DNA from: Oligoflexales bacterium
Lineage (GTDB): Bacteria > Bdellovibrionota_B > Oligoflexia > Oligoflexales > JAPPIL01
Assembly: GCA_965215515.1 (NCBI GenBank)
Contig: OZ244057.1
Coordinates: forward strand, 1,280,001-1,344,000
Reading direction: 5' to 3'
DNA: 64,000 bases
Position 1 is the first letter of the stretch. Each line of letters begins with the position of its first letter. Positions 9,699 through 18,553 of the stretch are shown one piece after another. A program made the position numbers and the translations under genes. Below the pieces are notes generated by a model that searched no databases, was not told the DNA's origin, and saw nothing but the letters and a program-made list of their open reading frames with translations.

Positions 9699-12167
9699 CT
9701 ATAGCGAGGGTGTTGATTTTTCTTTGAGGTAAACTTCGATAACATCGCCCTCACGAACATCCTGACATCCTTCGATCCCGATTCCGCACTCGTAGCCGAT
9801 CGCTACTTCCCGCACGTCCTCTTTAAAACGTTTCAAAGAACTGACCCGTCCGCGGTGTACAACCGTCGTATCACGCAACAGACGCAGATAGGCATCTCTG
9901 GTAATGCGGCCTGAGGTGACGGAAGAACCCGCAATTAGCCCGACACGCGGAATACTGATGGGGTTGCGCACCTCTGCCTGACCGATGACGACCTCGCTGA
10001 CCTCTGGGGGCAGCAACCCCACCATCAGCAGACGCACCGCATCGATAATCTCGTAGATGACCGAGAAATAGCCGATCTCTACCCCCCGTCTACGGGCTAA
10101 ATCCTCGATATTCTTGTGAGCACGTACGTTGAAGGCGATGATCGTCGCCTCAGAAGCAGAAGCTAGCGTAATGTCGGATTCGACCACTGCACCGACTGCT
10201 TGATGCATGATTTTATTCTCTACCTTGTCGGATTTAATATCCAGCAGTGCCCCTACCACCGCTTCTACCGAACCCTGCGTATCGGCTTTGACGATCAGCG
10301 GCAGCTGCGGAGTCTCCGCTTGGAGGGATTTACTGAGCAGTTCGTCGAGGGCATTGCTTTCTTCCTCTCCTTCTGTGACAGGTGGTGGTGCGTGCTCACG
10401 CTTGCTCTCGTCTCGGGCACGCTCGTTTTCGTCCCGATACCACGCGCTGATTTCCTTCGCAATCTTCTCCTTGCGTGTCGCGGTAAAGGGATCGCCGACC
10501 GCGGGGACTTGCGCAAAACCAGTCACTTGCACGGGAGTGGACACCTTCGCCTGCTGCAAGGGTTTGCCGCGATGATCGGCCATGGCACGTACCCGTGCGT
10601 AGCCTGATGCTGTCGCCACATAATCGCCGCGCTGCAGCGTACCGCTCTGCACAATTATTGTGGCCACTGCCCCGCGATGTTTATCGAGATGTGCTTCGAT
10701 CACTGTTCCTGTCGGCGCATCTTCGTAATCGGCTTGCAGATCCATCACCTCTGCCTGCAGCAACGCGGCCTCCAACAAGGTGTCGATGCCGATGTTGTTC
10801 TTCGCTGAAACTTCCACACACTGCACTTCGCCGCCCCATTTTTCAACCTGCACACCACGTTCTGACAGTTCGCCGAAGATACGATCGAGGTTCTTGTCGG
10901 GCTTGTCGATTTTGTTCAAGGCCACGATGATCGGCACGTCGGCATTACGGGCGTGCTCGATCGACTCGACTGTCTGCGGCATAACGCCGTCATCGGCAGC
11001 CACGACAAGAATAACGATGTCGGTCACTTCGGCACCCCGCACCCGCATGGCACTGAACGCCTCGTGTCCTGGGGTGTCGATGAAAGTGACAGACTTGCCG
11101 CTCACGTCTACCGTGTAGGCCCCGATGTGTTGCGTGATGCCACCTGCTTCGCCTTCGGCAACGTTGGTTTTGCGCACTGCATCGAGAATAGATGTTTTGC
11201 CGTGATCGACGTGCCCCATCACTGTCACTACGGGAGGGCGTTCGCGCAGAGCAGCTGCTTCATTCCGCACTGGCAGTCCCAGAATGTCACGCAGGGTACG
11301 CAGATTACTCTGCACCTCGAAGTTGTAGGTGGTGGCAACCAGTGTCGCGGCATCGAAATCGATCTCGGTATCGACGTTTGCCTCAATGCCGTCTTCCGCC
11401 AATCGCTGGATAACTTCTTTCGCCTTGACGCGCAGCTGTCGTGCCAACGACCCTACGGTGATACTCTCCCCCATCCTGATGAGGCGATAGGCGGCCTTGG
11501 AGGTGGTGATGAGTGTTTTACGTAAATTTTTCTTACGTTTCAGGTCACGTTTTTTAACTGTACCTGTCGGTACATAGACGGTTTTTGTTACGGGAGCGGC
11601 GGGACGTGTGCTCGATTCTTCTGTATCCGCCATCGCATCGATATCGTCTTCCATGTTGCGGAGAATTTCACGGGTGCGTGCCGCGGTCGCCCGTCTACTC
11701 TTGCCTGCCGATTTAACCTTGCCATACGTCTCCGCCGTGACAGGTGTCTTGTCGGGTGTCACCTGCTCAGCCGCGGTGGACGGGGTGGTCTCAGCAGTTG
11801 GTTCGACGGGCACAGTCGTCGCCACGACAGGCTCGACAGTGGGCGGTGCTTTTTCCTCCTCAGTGACTGGTGCGGGGGGGGGGACTGTCGAGGCGGGTGA
11901 ACTCGCCTCTGGCTCGAGAGCGGGTGTTTTGCTCCCCGCAGTCGCCGCGCTTTCGTCGCGTTTACGTCGCCGAATTAAAACCTTCGGGCGGACGGGCGCA
12001 GCGGTCTCTTTTTTGCGATAAGACACCTTAATCTTTTCGATCTGTGCAGGTGTCAGAGTACTCTGGTGGCTGACGACAACGATGTCGAGCGACTTCATGC
12101 GTTGCAGCAGGACCCTGCTTTCAACCTGCAACTCCTTCGCCAGCTGATGCACCCGCACCCTAGACAT
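9699..12167 (-). CDS. infB: Translation initiation factor IF-2
   Basis: RPPVVTVMGHVDHGKT, DTPGHEAF, NKID, SLKRFKEDV. Confidence 0.99.
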   Translation of the reverse strand: MSRVRVHQLAKELQVESRVLLQRMKSLDIVVVSHQSTLTPAQIEKIKVSYRKKETAAPVRPKVLIRRRKRDESAATAGSKTPALEPEASSPASTVPPPAPVTEEEKAPPTVEPVVATTVPVEPTAETTPSTAAEQVTPDKTPVTAETYGKVKSAGKSRRATAARTREILRNMEDDIDAMADTEESSTRPAAPVTKTVYVPTGTVKKRDLKRKKNLRKTLITTSKAAYRLIRMGESITVGSLARQLRVKAKEVIQRLAEDGIEANVDTEIDFDAATLVATTYNFEVQSNLRTLRDILGLPVRNEAAALRERPPVVTVMGHVDHGKTSILDAVRKTNVAEGEAGGITQHIGAYTVDVSGKSVTFIDTPGHEAFSAMRVRGAEVTDIVILVVAADDGVMPQTVESIEHARNADVPIIVALNKIDKPDKNLDRIFGELSERGVQVEKWGGEVQCVEVSAKNNIGIDTLLEAALLQAEVMDLQADYEDAPTGTVIEAHLDKHRGAVATIIVQSGTLQRGDYVATASGYARVRAMADHRGKPLQQAKVSTPVQVTGFAQVPAVGDPFTATRKEKIAKEISAWYRDENERARDESKREHAPPPVTEGEEESNALDELLSKSLQAETPQLPLIVKADTQGSVEAVVGALLDIKSDKVENKIMHQAVGAVVESDITLASASEATIIAFNVRAHKNIEDLARRRGVEIGYFSVIYEIIDAVRLLMVGLLPPEVSEVVIGQAEVRNPISIPRVGLIAGSSVTSGRITRDAYLRLLRDTTVVHRGRVSSLKRFKEDVREVAIGYECGIGIEGCQDVREGDVIEVYLKEKSTPSL

Positions 12168-12215
12168 ACCTCAATCCCTTCCGCGGTCACAGACCCCAGA
12201 CACTCCCCGAACTTG

Positions 12216-13799
12216 CTAAGTGCTTGGTTTTTTTTCTTCAGACTGTTCTTGCATGTATCTGTCAGCGGCAATCTGCACCGTTCGAGCAATACCTAAGGGG
12301 ATGTTGGCTTTCTCGGCCACTTCATCGGCTGAATCAGCGATAATGTCGCCGATGGTCGCGTACCCCGCATCAGCCAGTGCGGTCGCCTGAGCTTCCCCCA
12401 CGCCTTTGAGTTTCAGAAACATTTCGACGCGCTCATCTTTGCCCGCGTCGTCTTTTTCCTTTGCTGCCAGTGCGGGGTCGAACACGGCGTTGGCCAGCAG
12501 TTCTTCTGTCTCCTCGTCCAACGGCTCGGCTGGTGCCGCCGCAGGTGTTGTTATGTCGGTCTGTGCCGCAGCCGCGATGATCCGTGCGGCTGTTTTTTCG
12601 TCGAGGTTGAGCAAACGCATCAGTGCGCTCGTCTCCAGCTCGGCCACGTCGGCAGGTGCTTTGATTCCTTCCCGCACCAGAATTTCCGCCTGCATTGCAC
12701 CGAGCCCTTCCACTGTCCCCAGCGTATTTTTGACCTCATCGAGCTGTGATTTGAGTTTTGATTCGCTCTTAATGTCCAGCCGCCAACCCGTCATCTGTGC
12801 GGCGAGCGAGACATTCTGTCCTTTCTTCCCGATGGCTAGGGACAGCTGGTCGTCGGCAACGATCACCTCCATGTTGCGGTTCTCTTCATCCACGATAACT
12901 TTGGAAACGACCGCGGGGGCGAGGGCGTTGCATACCAGTCTGGCAGGATCCTTATCCCAAGGGATGATGTCGATTTTTTCACCGTTCAATTCCGAGACCA
13001 CTGCCTGCACACGCATTCCTTTCAAGCCAACACAAGCGCCGACAGGATCGACGGAGTTGTCGCGGGAGTAGACGGCGATCTTGGAACGTCGGCCAGGGTC
13101 GCGTGCCGCGCTCTCGATGGAAACGATCCCGTCATAGATTTCTGTCACTTGCTGGGCGAACAGTGCGGTCATGAACTTGACGCAACCCCGCGACATGATG
13201 ATCTGCGGGCCGCGTGAGGCACGGCGCACGTCCACGACGTAGCCTTGCACCCGATCTTTGACGCGATACTTCTCGTTAGGAATCTGTTCCCGCCAGGGGA
13301 TGGTGGCTTCGGTGCGACCGAGATCGATGATGATGTCGTTTTTCTCGATGCGGCGCACGTGGCCGCTCATGATTTCATCGACGCGATCTTTGAACTCCTC
13401 GTATATCTGGGCACGCTCTGCGTCACGCACCTTCTGCACGATAATCTGCTTGGCCTGCTGAGCCGCGATACGTCCAAAGCCAGAGGTGTCGATCTTGATC
13501 CCCACCGAGTCGCCTAGCTCGGTGCTGTCGTCGTGACCTTTCGCCTCTTCGAGCGTGATTTCGGTCTCCTTGTCCGTAACCTCCTGTACCACCGTGCGAA
13601 ACTGATACAACTCGATTTCGTTGCCCTCTTCGTCAAAGTGGGCTTCGAGATCGGCATTCAAGCCATAGTCTCGCCGCGCGGCATGAATCATCGCCTGTTC
13701 CAATGCGTCGACGATAATCGCCCGATCGATGTTCTTATCCTTGCTGACCGCGGCGATGACCCGCCCAAGATCTAGGTCAGCTTCGTTTGCTGTCGTCAT
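12216..13799 (-). CDS. nusA: Transcription factor NusA with C-terminal HhH-like extension
   Basis: FGRIAAQQAKQ, ARDPGRRSKIAV, SLAIGKKGQNV. Confidence 0.99.
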   Translation of the reverse strand: MTTANEADLDLGRVIAAVSKDKNIDRAIIVDALEQAMIHAARRDYGLNADLEAHFDEEGNEIELYQFRTVVQEVTDKETEITLEEAKGHDDSTELGDSVGIKIDTSGFGRIAAQQAKQIIVQKVRDAERAQIYEEFKDRVDEIMSGHVRRIEKNDIIIDLGRTEATIPWREQIPNEKYRVKDRVQGYVVDVRRASRGPQIIMSRGCVKFMTALFAQQVTEIYDGIVSIESAARDPGRRSKIAVYSRDNSVDPVGACVGLKGMRVQAVVSELNGEKIDIIPWDKDPARLVCNALAPAVVSKVIVDEENRNMEVIVADDQLSLAIGKKGQNVSLAAQMTGWRLDIKSESKLKSQLDEVKNTLGTVEGLGAMQAEILVREGIKAPADVAELETSALMRLLNLDEKTAARIIAAAAQTDITTPAAAPAEPLDEETEELLANAVFDPALAAKEKDDAGKDERVEMFLKLKGVGEAQATALADAGYATIGDIIADSADEVAEKANIPLGIARTVQIAADRYMQEQSEEKKPST

Positions 13800-13986
13800 A
13801 AATTGTTACCGCAGTCAGTTATCGCGCCCACTAGCCACGCGGCAGCACGAGTTAAGTTTGGCAGTTTCAGCCAGCGATAGCAACGATTAATCGCACCGCA
13901 CGGCACTATAACAAAAGAGGGGGCAAATCTTCAATCAGCTTTGTCAAATTAAGTATAAATTAACCGCATAGGGGCGATGGACGAAG

Positions 13987-14059
13987 CTCCCCGGAACGGA
14001 TTCGAACCGCTGACAGGGTGGTTAACAGCCACCTGCTCTACCACCTGAGCTACCGGGGA
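13987..14059 (-). tRNA. tRNA-Asn (GTT), CCA not encoded
   Basis: TCCCCGG acceptor stem, TAGCTCAG D-arm, anticodon loop CTGTTAA, GGTTCGAATCC T-arm. Confidence 0.96.
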
Positions 14060-14197
14060 TGGGGGTAACATAGAGGAGGGCATAGCCTCTGTCAAGTGTC
14101 TCGTCGGGTGTGTGCTGTGCCTTTAGGCGTTGCTTTTCTTGCCAACTGTGTTTACCTTGGGCCTGGGTGTGTTTGTTTTTCAACATGGAGAGCGATT

Positions 14198-14401
14198 TTG
14201 CCTGGCATTCATATCGGGTCTAACCAGCCGTTTGATTCTGCGCTGCGGTTTTTCAAAAAACAAGTCGAGAAGGCAGGGATTATCTCGGAATTAAAAAAAC
14301 GCCGCCACTACGAGAAACCCTCGATGAGACTGAAGAAAAAATCCATCGCGGCGCGCAAGCGGGCACTCAAGAATATGCGTCGCTTTGGGTATCTGGATTG
14401 A
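14198..14401 (+). CDS. rpsU: 30S ribosomal protein S21
   Basis: TTG start after GGAG; FDSALRFFKKQVEKAGIISELKKRRHYEKPS. Confidence 0.96.
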   Translation: MPGIHIGSNQPFDSALRFFKKQVEKAGIISELKKRRHYEKPSMRLKKKSIAARKRALKNMRRFGYLD

Positions 14402-14460
14402 GAGCACGGCATGATGCCAAGCACGGTCGCTGATAAAATCTAGGTTGCTCTCGCCAGCCA

Positions 14461-14534
14461 GGTGCCGTACCGAAGTGGCCTAACGGGGGGCATTGCAAAT
14501 GCCTTCGTCGTCGGTTCGAATCCGACCGGCACCT
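14461..14534 (+). tRNA. tRNA-Cys (GCA), CCA not encoded
   Basis: GGTGCCG/CGGCACC acceptor stem with U discriminator; loop TTGCAAA; GGTTCGAATCC. Confidence 0.94.
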
Positions 14535-14570
14535 CTTTTGTCGCGATATGCACGCTGAGTAGGGTTGTCG

Positions 14571-15092
14571 ATGAAATTAAGAATCCTAATGGTCATCCTC
14601 CTCATCTCCGCCTACGCGTTCGCCGCGCCGTATATCACGGCGAACCGTATGCTGAAAGCATTGCGCCACCACGATGCAGAAACACTGCAGGAGTATATCG
14701 AATTTGACGCAGTGCGGCAGGGCGTGCGTCGGCAACTAAAACACGTACTGCAACAGCAAGTACCTGGGTTTTGGCGGAGAGTGATCCTGGATGCGATCGG
14801 AGCGGAGCAGAGAGAGATGAACGTCGCAGAGATAATCGATCACACGATCACCGCCGACAGCCTGACAAACTTCTTGCAGCGTCTCAAGGATCAAAGACAG
14901 CTCGATGTGCCGCAGGACTTGTTCGCCGATGTCTCTATGAGTTGGCGCGGTCTCGGACGTTTCGCAGTGACAATCAGACGCAACCGCGCCGTCGACTTTA
15001 TTCTCGTGCGACGCGGGTTCGGCTGGCGACTGGTCGATGTCATCCTACCCCTGCCAGATCGTTGGCAAGGTCTACAGCGTTTGGGGATGTAG
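14571..15092 (+). CDS. DUF2939-like membrane-anchored protein
   Basis: N-terminal TM, then PY...AL...D...L..YIEFDAVRQGVRRQL and C-terminal RRGFGWRLVDVILP. Confidence 0.7.
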   Translation: MKLRILMVILLISAYAFAAPYITANRMLKALRHHDAETLQEYIEFDAVRQGVRRQLKHVLQQQVPGFWRRVILDAIGAEQREMNVAEIIDHTITADSLTNFLQRLKDQRQLDVPQDLFADVSMSWRGLGRFAVTIRRNRAVDFILVRRGFGWRLVDVILPLPDRWQGLQRLGM

Positions 15093-15116
15093 TCAGCAGG
15101 CGCTCAGAGAACACGC

Positions 15117-16205
15117 ATGGCTAACACCTTCGGCAGACTATTTCGCATCACAACCTACGGCGAGTCACACGGCGAAGCAGTCGGGGTGGTGATCGACGGT
15201 TGCCCTCCCCGTATAAAAGTATCGCGGGAGATAGTGCAACACTGCCTCGATCAACGCCGCCCTGGACAACGTGCATTGACCTCGCCACGCCGCGAAGCAG
15301 ATCGTGTCGAAATACTGTCAGGAATCGAACAGGAACATACCCTGGGTTCACCCATCGCCATGCTGGTGCGTAATCGCGATATGCGTCGGCGCGACTACCG
15401 AGCCGACGTGCTGCGCCCCTCACATGCCGACTTTACCTACCTGGCCAAGTACGGCATCAAAACAGCGAGCGGTGGCGGACGTGCCAGTGCACGTGAAACG
15501 GTGGGGAGAGTCGCCGCGGGCGCAGTCGCCCAGCAGGTGCTGCAAAAATTCGCCCCCCCACTCACCATCCTCTCCTGGGTTGATCGAGTCAAAGATATCC
15601 ACTGCGATATTTCCCCCTCCCAAAGGCAAAAACTGACCGCCGCCAAGATTGCCCGAGACCCGCTTAACTGCCCCGACCCCGACAAGGCAGCCGCAATGCG
15701 CCAAGTCATCACACAGGCACGCGACGAAGGAGATAGTGTTGGCGGATGTGTCGCAACACTGATTAAAAACTGCCCCGTCGGTCTCGGCGAACCGCTGTTC
15801 GCTAAACTCGATGCCCAGCTCGCCCACGCCATGCTCACCCTTCCCGCCGCCAAAGGTTTCGAACTGGGGTCGGGTTTTCACGGCACAACCCTGTACGGCT
15901 CGCAACACAACGATGCCTTTCTCGCCCGCGCAGGACGAGTACACACCGCCAGCAACCACTCGGGCGGTGTGCAAGGCGGCATCAGCAACGGAGAAGATAT
16001 TTATTTCCGCACCGCCTTCAAACCCGTCTCGACCATCTTTAAGACCCAACAAACGATAGATACCGCCCACCGCACCATCACCTACCAACCCCAGCAAGGT
16101 AGACACGACCCCTGCGTCCTCCCCCGTGCCGTGCCCATCGTCACCGCCATGACCGCACTGGTGCTCACCGATCACCTCCTACTACACCGCAGCGGGAAAA
16201 ATTAA
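15117..16205 (+). CDS. aroC: Chorismate synthase
   Basis: TYGESHG, RPSHAD, GGRASARET, GGISNG, GRHDPC. Confidence 0.98.
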   Translation: MANTFGRLFRITTYGESHGEAVGVVIDGCPPRIKVSREIVQHCLDQRRPGQRALTSPRREADRVEILSGIEQEHTLGSPIAMLVRNRDMRRRDYRADVLRPSHADFTYLAKYGIKTASGGGRASARETVGRVAAGAVAQQVLQKFAPPLTILSWVDRVKDIHCDISPSQRQKLTAAKIARDPLNCPDPDKAAAMRQVITQARDEGDSVGGCVATLIKNCPVGLGEPLFAKLDAQLAHAMLTLPAAKGFELGSGFHGTTLYGSQHNDAFLARAGRVHTASNHSGGVQGGISNGEDIYFRTAFKPVSTIFKTQQTIDTAHRTITYQPQQGRHDPCVLPRAVPIVTAMTALVLTDHLLLHRSGKN

Positions 16206-16238
16206 CCCAAAAACAATTCTAATACCGTGTTGTTAGAT

Positions 16239-16279
16239 ATTTTTTATTTAAAAAAGTAATTGTTTTTTAAATAAAAAAT
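16239..16279. promoter_or_regulatory. Perfect 17-bp all-A/T inverted repeat with 7-nt spacer (operator-like)
   Basis: ATTTTTTATTTAAAAAA-gtaattg-TTTTTTAAATAAAAAAT. Confidence 0.7.
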
Positions 16280-16294
16280 CATTACTGCCGAATG
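16268..16294 (+). promoter_or_regulatory. Candidate sigma-28 (FliA) promoter
   Basis: TAAA-N15-GCCGAATG about 35 nt upstream of ATG 16330. Confidence 0.45.
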
Positions 16295-16329
16295 TGCGTA
16301 TGAAGTTACAGTCAAAGGGAGAGATGGCT

Positions 16330-17460
16330 ATGTTTTACCGCGTAGTGTGGTTAGGGTGGTTGCTGTCTTGTGGCACGGCGCAGTTTAGCACCCCTGTACA
16401 AAATGACACCGATAACCACGATAACGGGGTCGCGTCAGCAGATAGCGAGATTGTGGTTTCGCCCCTGGAGGACAGCTATACCAGACGGGCACGGTTGTCT
16501 TGGCATTTCCCCTGCGAGGAAGGGCGCTCTCGTTCTTGGGGTGAGTATGACTTCACTGGGCAGGGTGTTTACCACAAAAATATGCACGCTACCCAGTCTC
16601 TGGAACTGACGGTTTCGGGGATACTGTGCGACACCGATTACTTGCCGCGCGATGTCGTGTTTGCCATCGACACCTCGGCCTCCATGCGCCACAACGACCC
16701 CGTGGCTCGCGATGGCAGCTGTGCGCGTTCACGGGCGATGGATCGCATGGTCGCCTACCTGACACACTTCGACAACGCCCGTGTAGGGCTGGTGACCTAC
16801 AACAGCCGCGTCAGCGTCATGCACGACCATCTCGTCACATCGGCAAAATTCTACCACGACTACATGGCAATGCACGACCGTATGCAAGAGTTTTTGTGCT
16901 ACGCCGACCTCTATACCAACTACCGTCGCGCCCTGCTGCAAACCGAAAAACTTCTAGAAACTGGTCGTACGGATAGTTTCCGCGAAATTTATTTCTTCTC
17001 AGACGGCGAGCCGCGCGAATCTATTTTTACGTTTGAAAACCCCGACGGCTTATACGTCGCCAAAAGATTGCGGGAAAACGCCACCATCGCCACCATCGGT
17101 CTCGGTAAAACAGGCATTCTCAAGCAGGACATCGCCAGTCGTGTCAACGGCGAACCGCTACATCGGCAAGCCGAGCAGCTGCGCGAACTTTTTCCCCTCT
17201 TACGTGAGTTAGTGCAAACCAAAAACATCGGTGCAGAACTTACCTACCGTTATCTCGGCACGGAGGAAGACTACACGATCGACATTCGCACCGCCACAGG
17301 CGCACGCGAGAACGACTTCTTCCAACTCGACCCGCTGTTGTTTAACATCGACGCGGACAACCCACAAAAAAACAAAGGCATCGCGATCGCTATAAAATAC
17401 TGGGACAGCAACGGCAACACCTACCGTGCCCACAGCGAACTGCACTTCACCTTCGATTAG
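16330..17460 (+). CDS. VWA-domain lipoprotein
   Basis: Lipobox LLSC; MIDAS DVVFAIDTSASM, TNY..AL, FFSDGEP. Confidence 0.85.
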   Translation: MFYRVVWLGWLLSCGTAQFSTPVQNDTDNHDNGVASADSEIVVSPLEDSYTRRARLSWHFPCEEGRSRSWGEYDFTGQGVYHKNMHATQSLELTVSGILCDTDYLPRDVVFAIDTSASMRHNDPVARDGSCARSRAMDRMVAYLTHFDNARVGLVTYNSRVSVMHDHLVTSAKFYHDYMAMHDRMQEFLCYADLYTNYRRALLQTEKLLETGRTDSFREIYFFSDGEPRESIFTFENPDGLYVAKRLRENATIATIGLGKTGILKQDIASRVNGEPLHRQAEQLRELFPLLRELVQTKNIGAELTYRYLGTEEDYTIDIRTATGARENDFFQLDPLLFNIDADNPQKNKGIAIAIKYWDSNGNTYRAHSELHFTFD

Positions 17461-17488
17461 AGGCAGATAAGAAGGTGAGCTTGGTTTG

Positions 17489-18553
17489 TCATAACCACAG
17501 CAAACAACTGTCACCATAACTGAAGAAGCGATACTCTTTCCGCACCGCGGTGCGATACATGCGCATCGCCTCCCGTGTACCGAGCAAGGCACAGACCAGC
17601 AGGAAGAGAGTTGAGGAAGGATGATGAAAATTGGTCAGCAGTCCGTGGAGCAGTGGAGAGCGATATTTTTGCGCCTGCGGGTAGATGAAAAGATCGGTGG
17701 TCAACCAGTTCTCTGCACGGTGCTGTTCCTCGCCTCCCTGAAAAAAGTCCTCCAACGCACGCCACACGGTTGTACCCACCGCAACGATGGGGCGTTGCTG
17801 GGTTTGTGCACGGCGCAGAGCATGCAGAGTTGTCCGCGGGATGAGGTAGCGTTCTGGTAGTAGCACGTGCTCGGCGATATGAGGAGTACGCAGAGGCAGA
17901 AACGTACCCGCACTGACATGCAGAGTAAGGTAAACAGTTTCGATGCCAGACAATGCAAGTTGACGCAAACAAAGGTGTGAGAAATGTAGTCCCGCCGTAG
18001 GGGCAGCCACCGAACCGCTGATCGCGGCATAGACCGTCTGGTAAGTATGTAAATCGGCGGAAAGATGAGCAAGCTGTTCGTTATCTCGTTTGATGTAAGG
18101 CGGTAACGGCACACAAGCATACTGTGCCAGCCAGGTGCTGAGACTACCTGCATAAGAAAGGTGCAGGGTCAAGATTACGTGCCCTCCACGCACTCGTTGG
18201 GCAACAACCTGTACTCGCAAACCGTGCGCAAGTCGCAGGTCAGAACCGACAGGCAGTTTACGCACAGGCCGTGCGAGTGCCTCGCAGACGTAGAGGTGAC
18301 CGCCTTGCTGCCTTGGTGCGCCCAGCAGCAGCAGCTCTCCCGCCGCATGTTTGATGCGGGCGGGGAACACCTTCGAGTTGTTCAGTACCAACAAAGTGCC
18401 GCGCGGCAAGAGCCGAGCAATATTGCGAAAACAACTGTGCTCAAGCCGCCCGTCGCGTGCCCGCACCAGCAGGCGAGTCGTACCGCGTCGGCGAGGAGTT
18501 TGAGCAATCAGCGGGGGAGGAATTTCCAGCTTCTCGACCGCATCTTCCGTCAT
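17489..18553 (-). CDS. queA: SAM:tRNA ribosyltransferase-isomerase QueA
   Basis: LIAQTP, VPLPPYIKR, YQTVYA, GSVAAPTAGLHF, TNFH.P.STL, YRFFSYGD. Confidence 0.97.
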   Translation of the reverse strand: MTEDAVEKLEIPPPLIAQTPRRRGTTRLLVRARDGRLEHSCFRNIARLLPRGTLLVLNNSKVFPARIKHAAGELLLLGAPRQQGGHLYVCEALARPVRKLPVGSDLRLAHGLRVQVVAQRVRGGHVILTLHLSYAGSLSTWLAQYACVPLPPYIKRDNEQLAHLSADLHTYQTVYAAISGSVAAPTAGLHFSHLCLRQLALSGIETVYLTLHVSAGTFLPLRTPHIAEHVLLPERYLIPRTTLHALRRAQTQQRPIVAVGTTVWRALEDFFQGGEEQHRAENWLTTDLFIYPQAQKYRSPLLHGLLTNFHHPSSTLFLLVCALLGTREAMRMYRTAVRKEYRFFSYGDSCLLWL

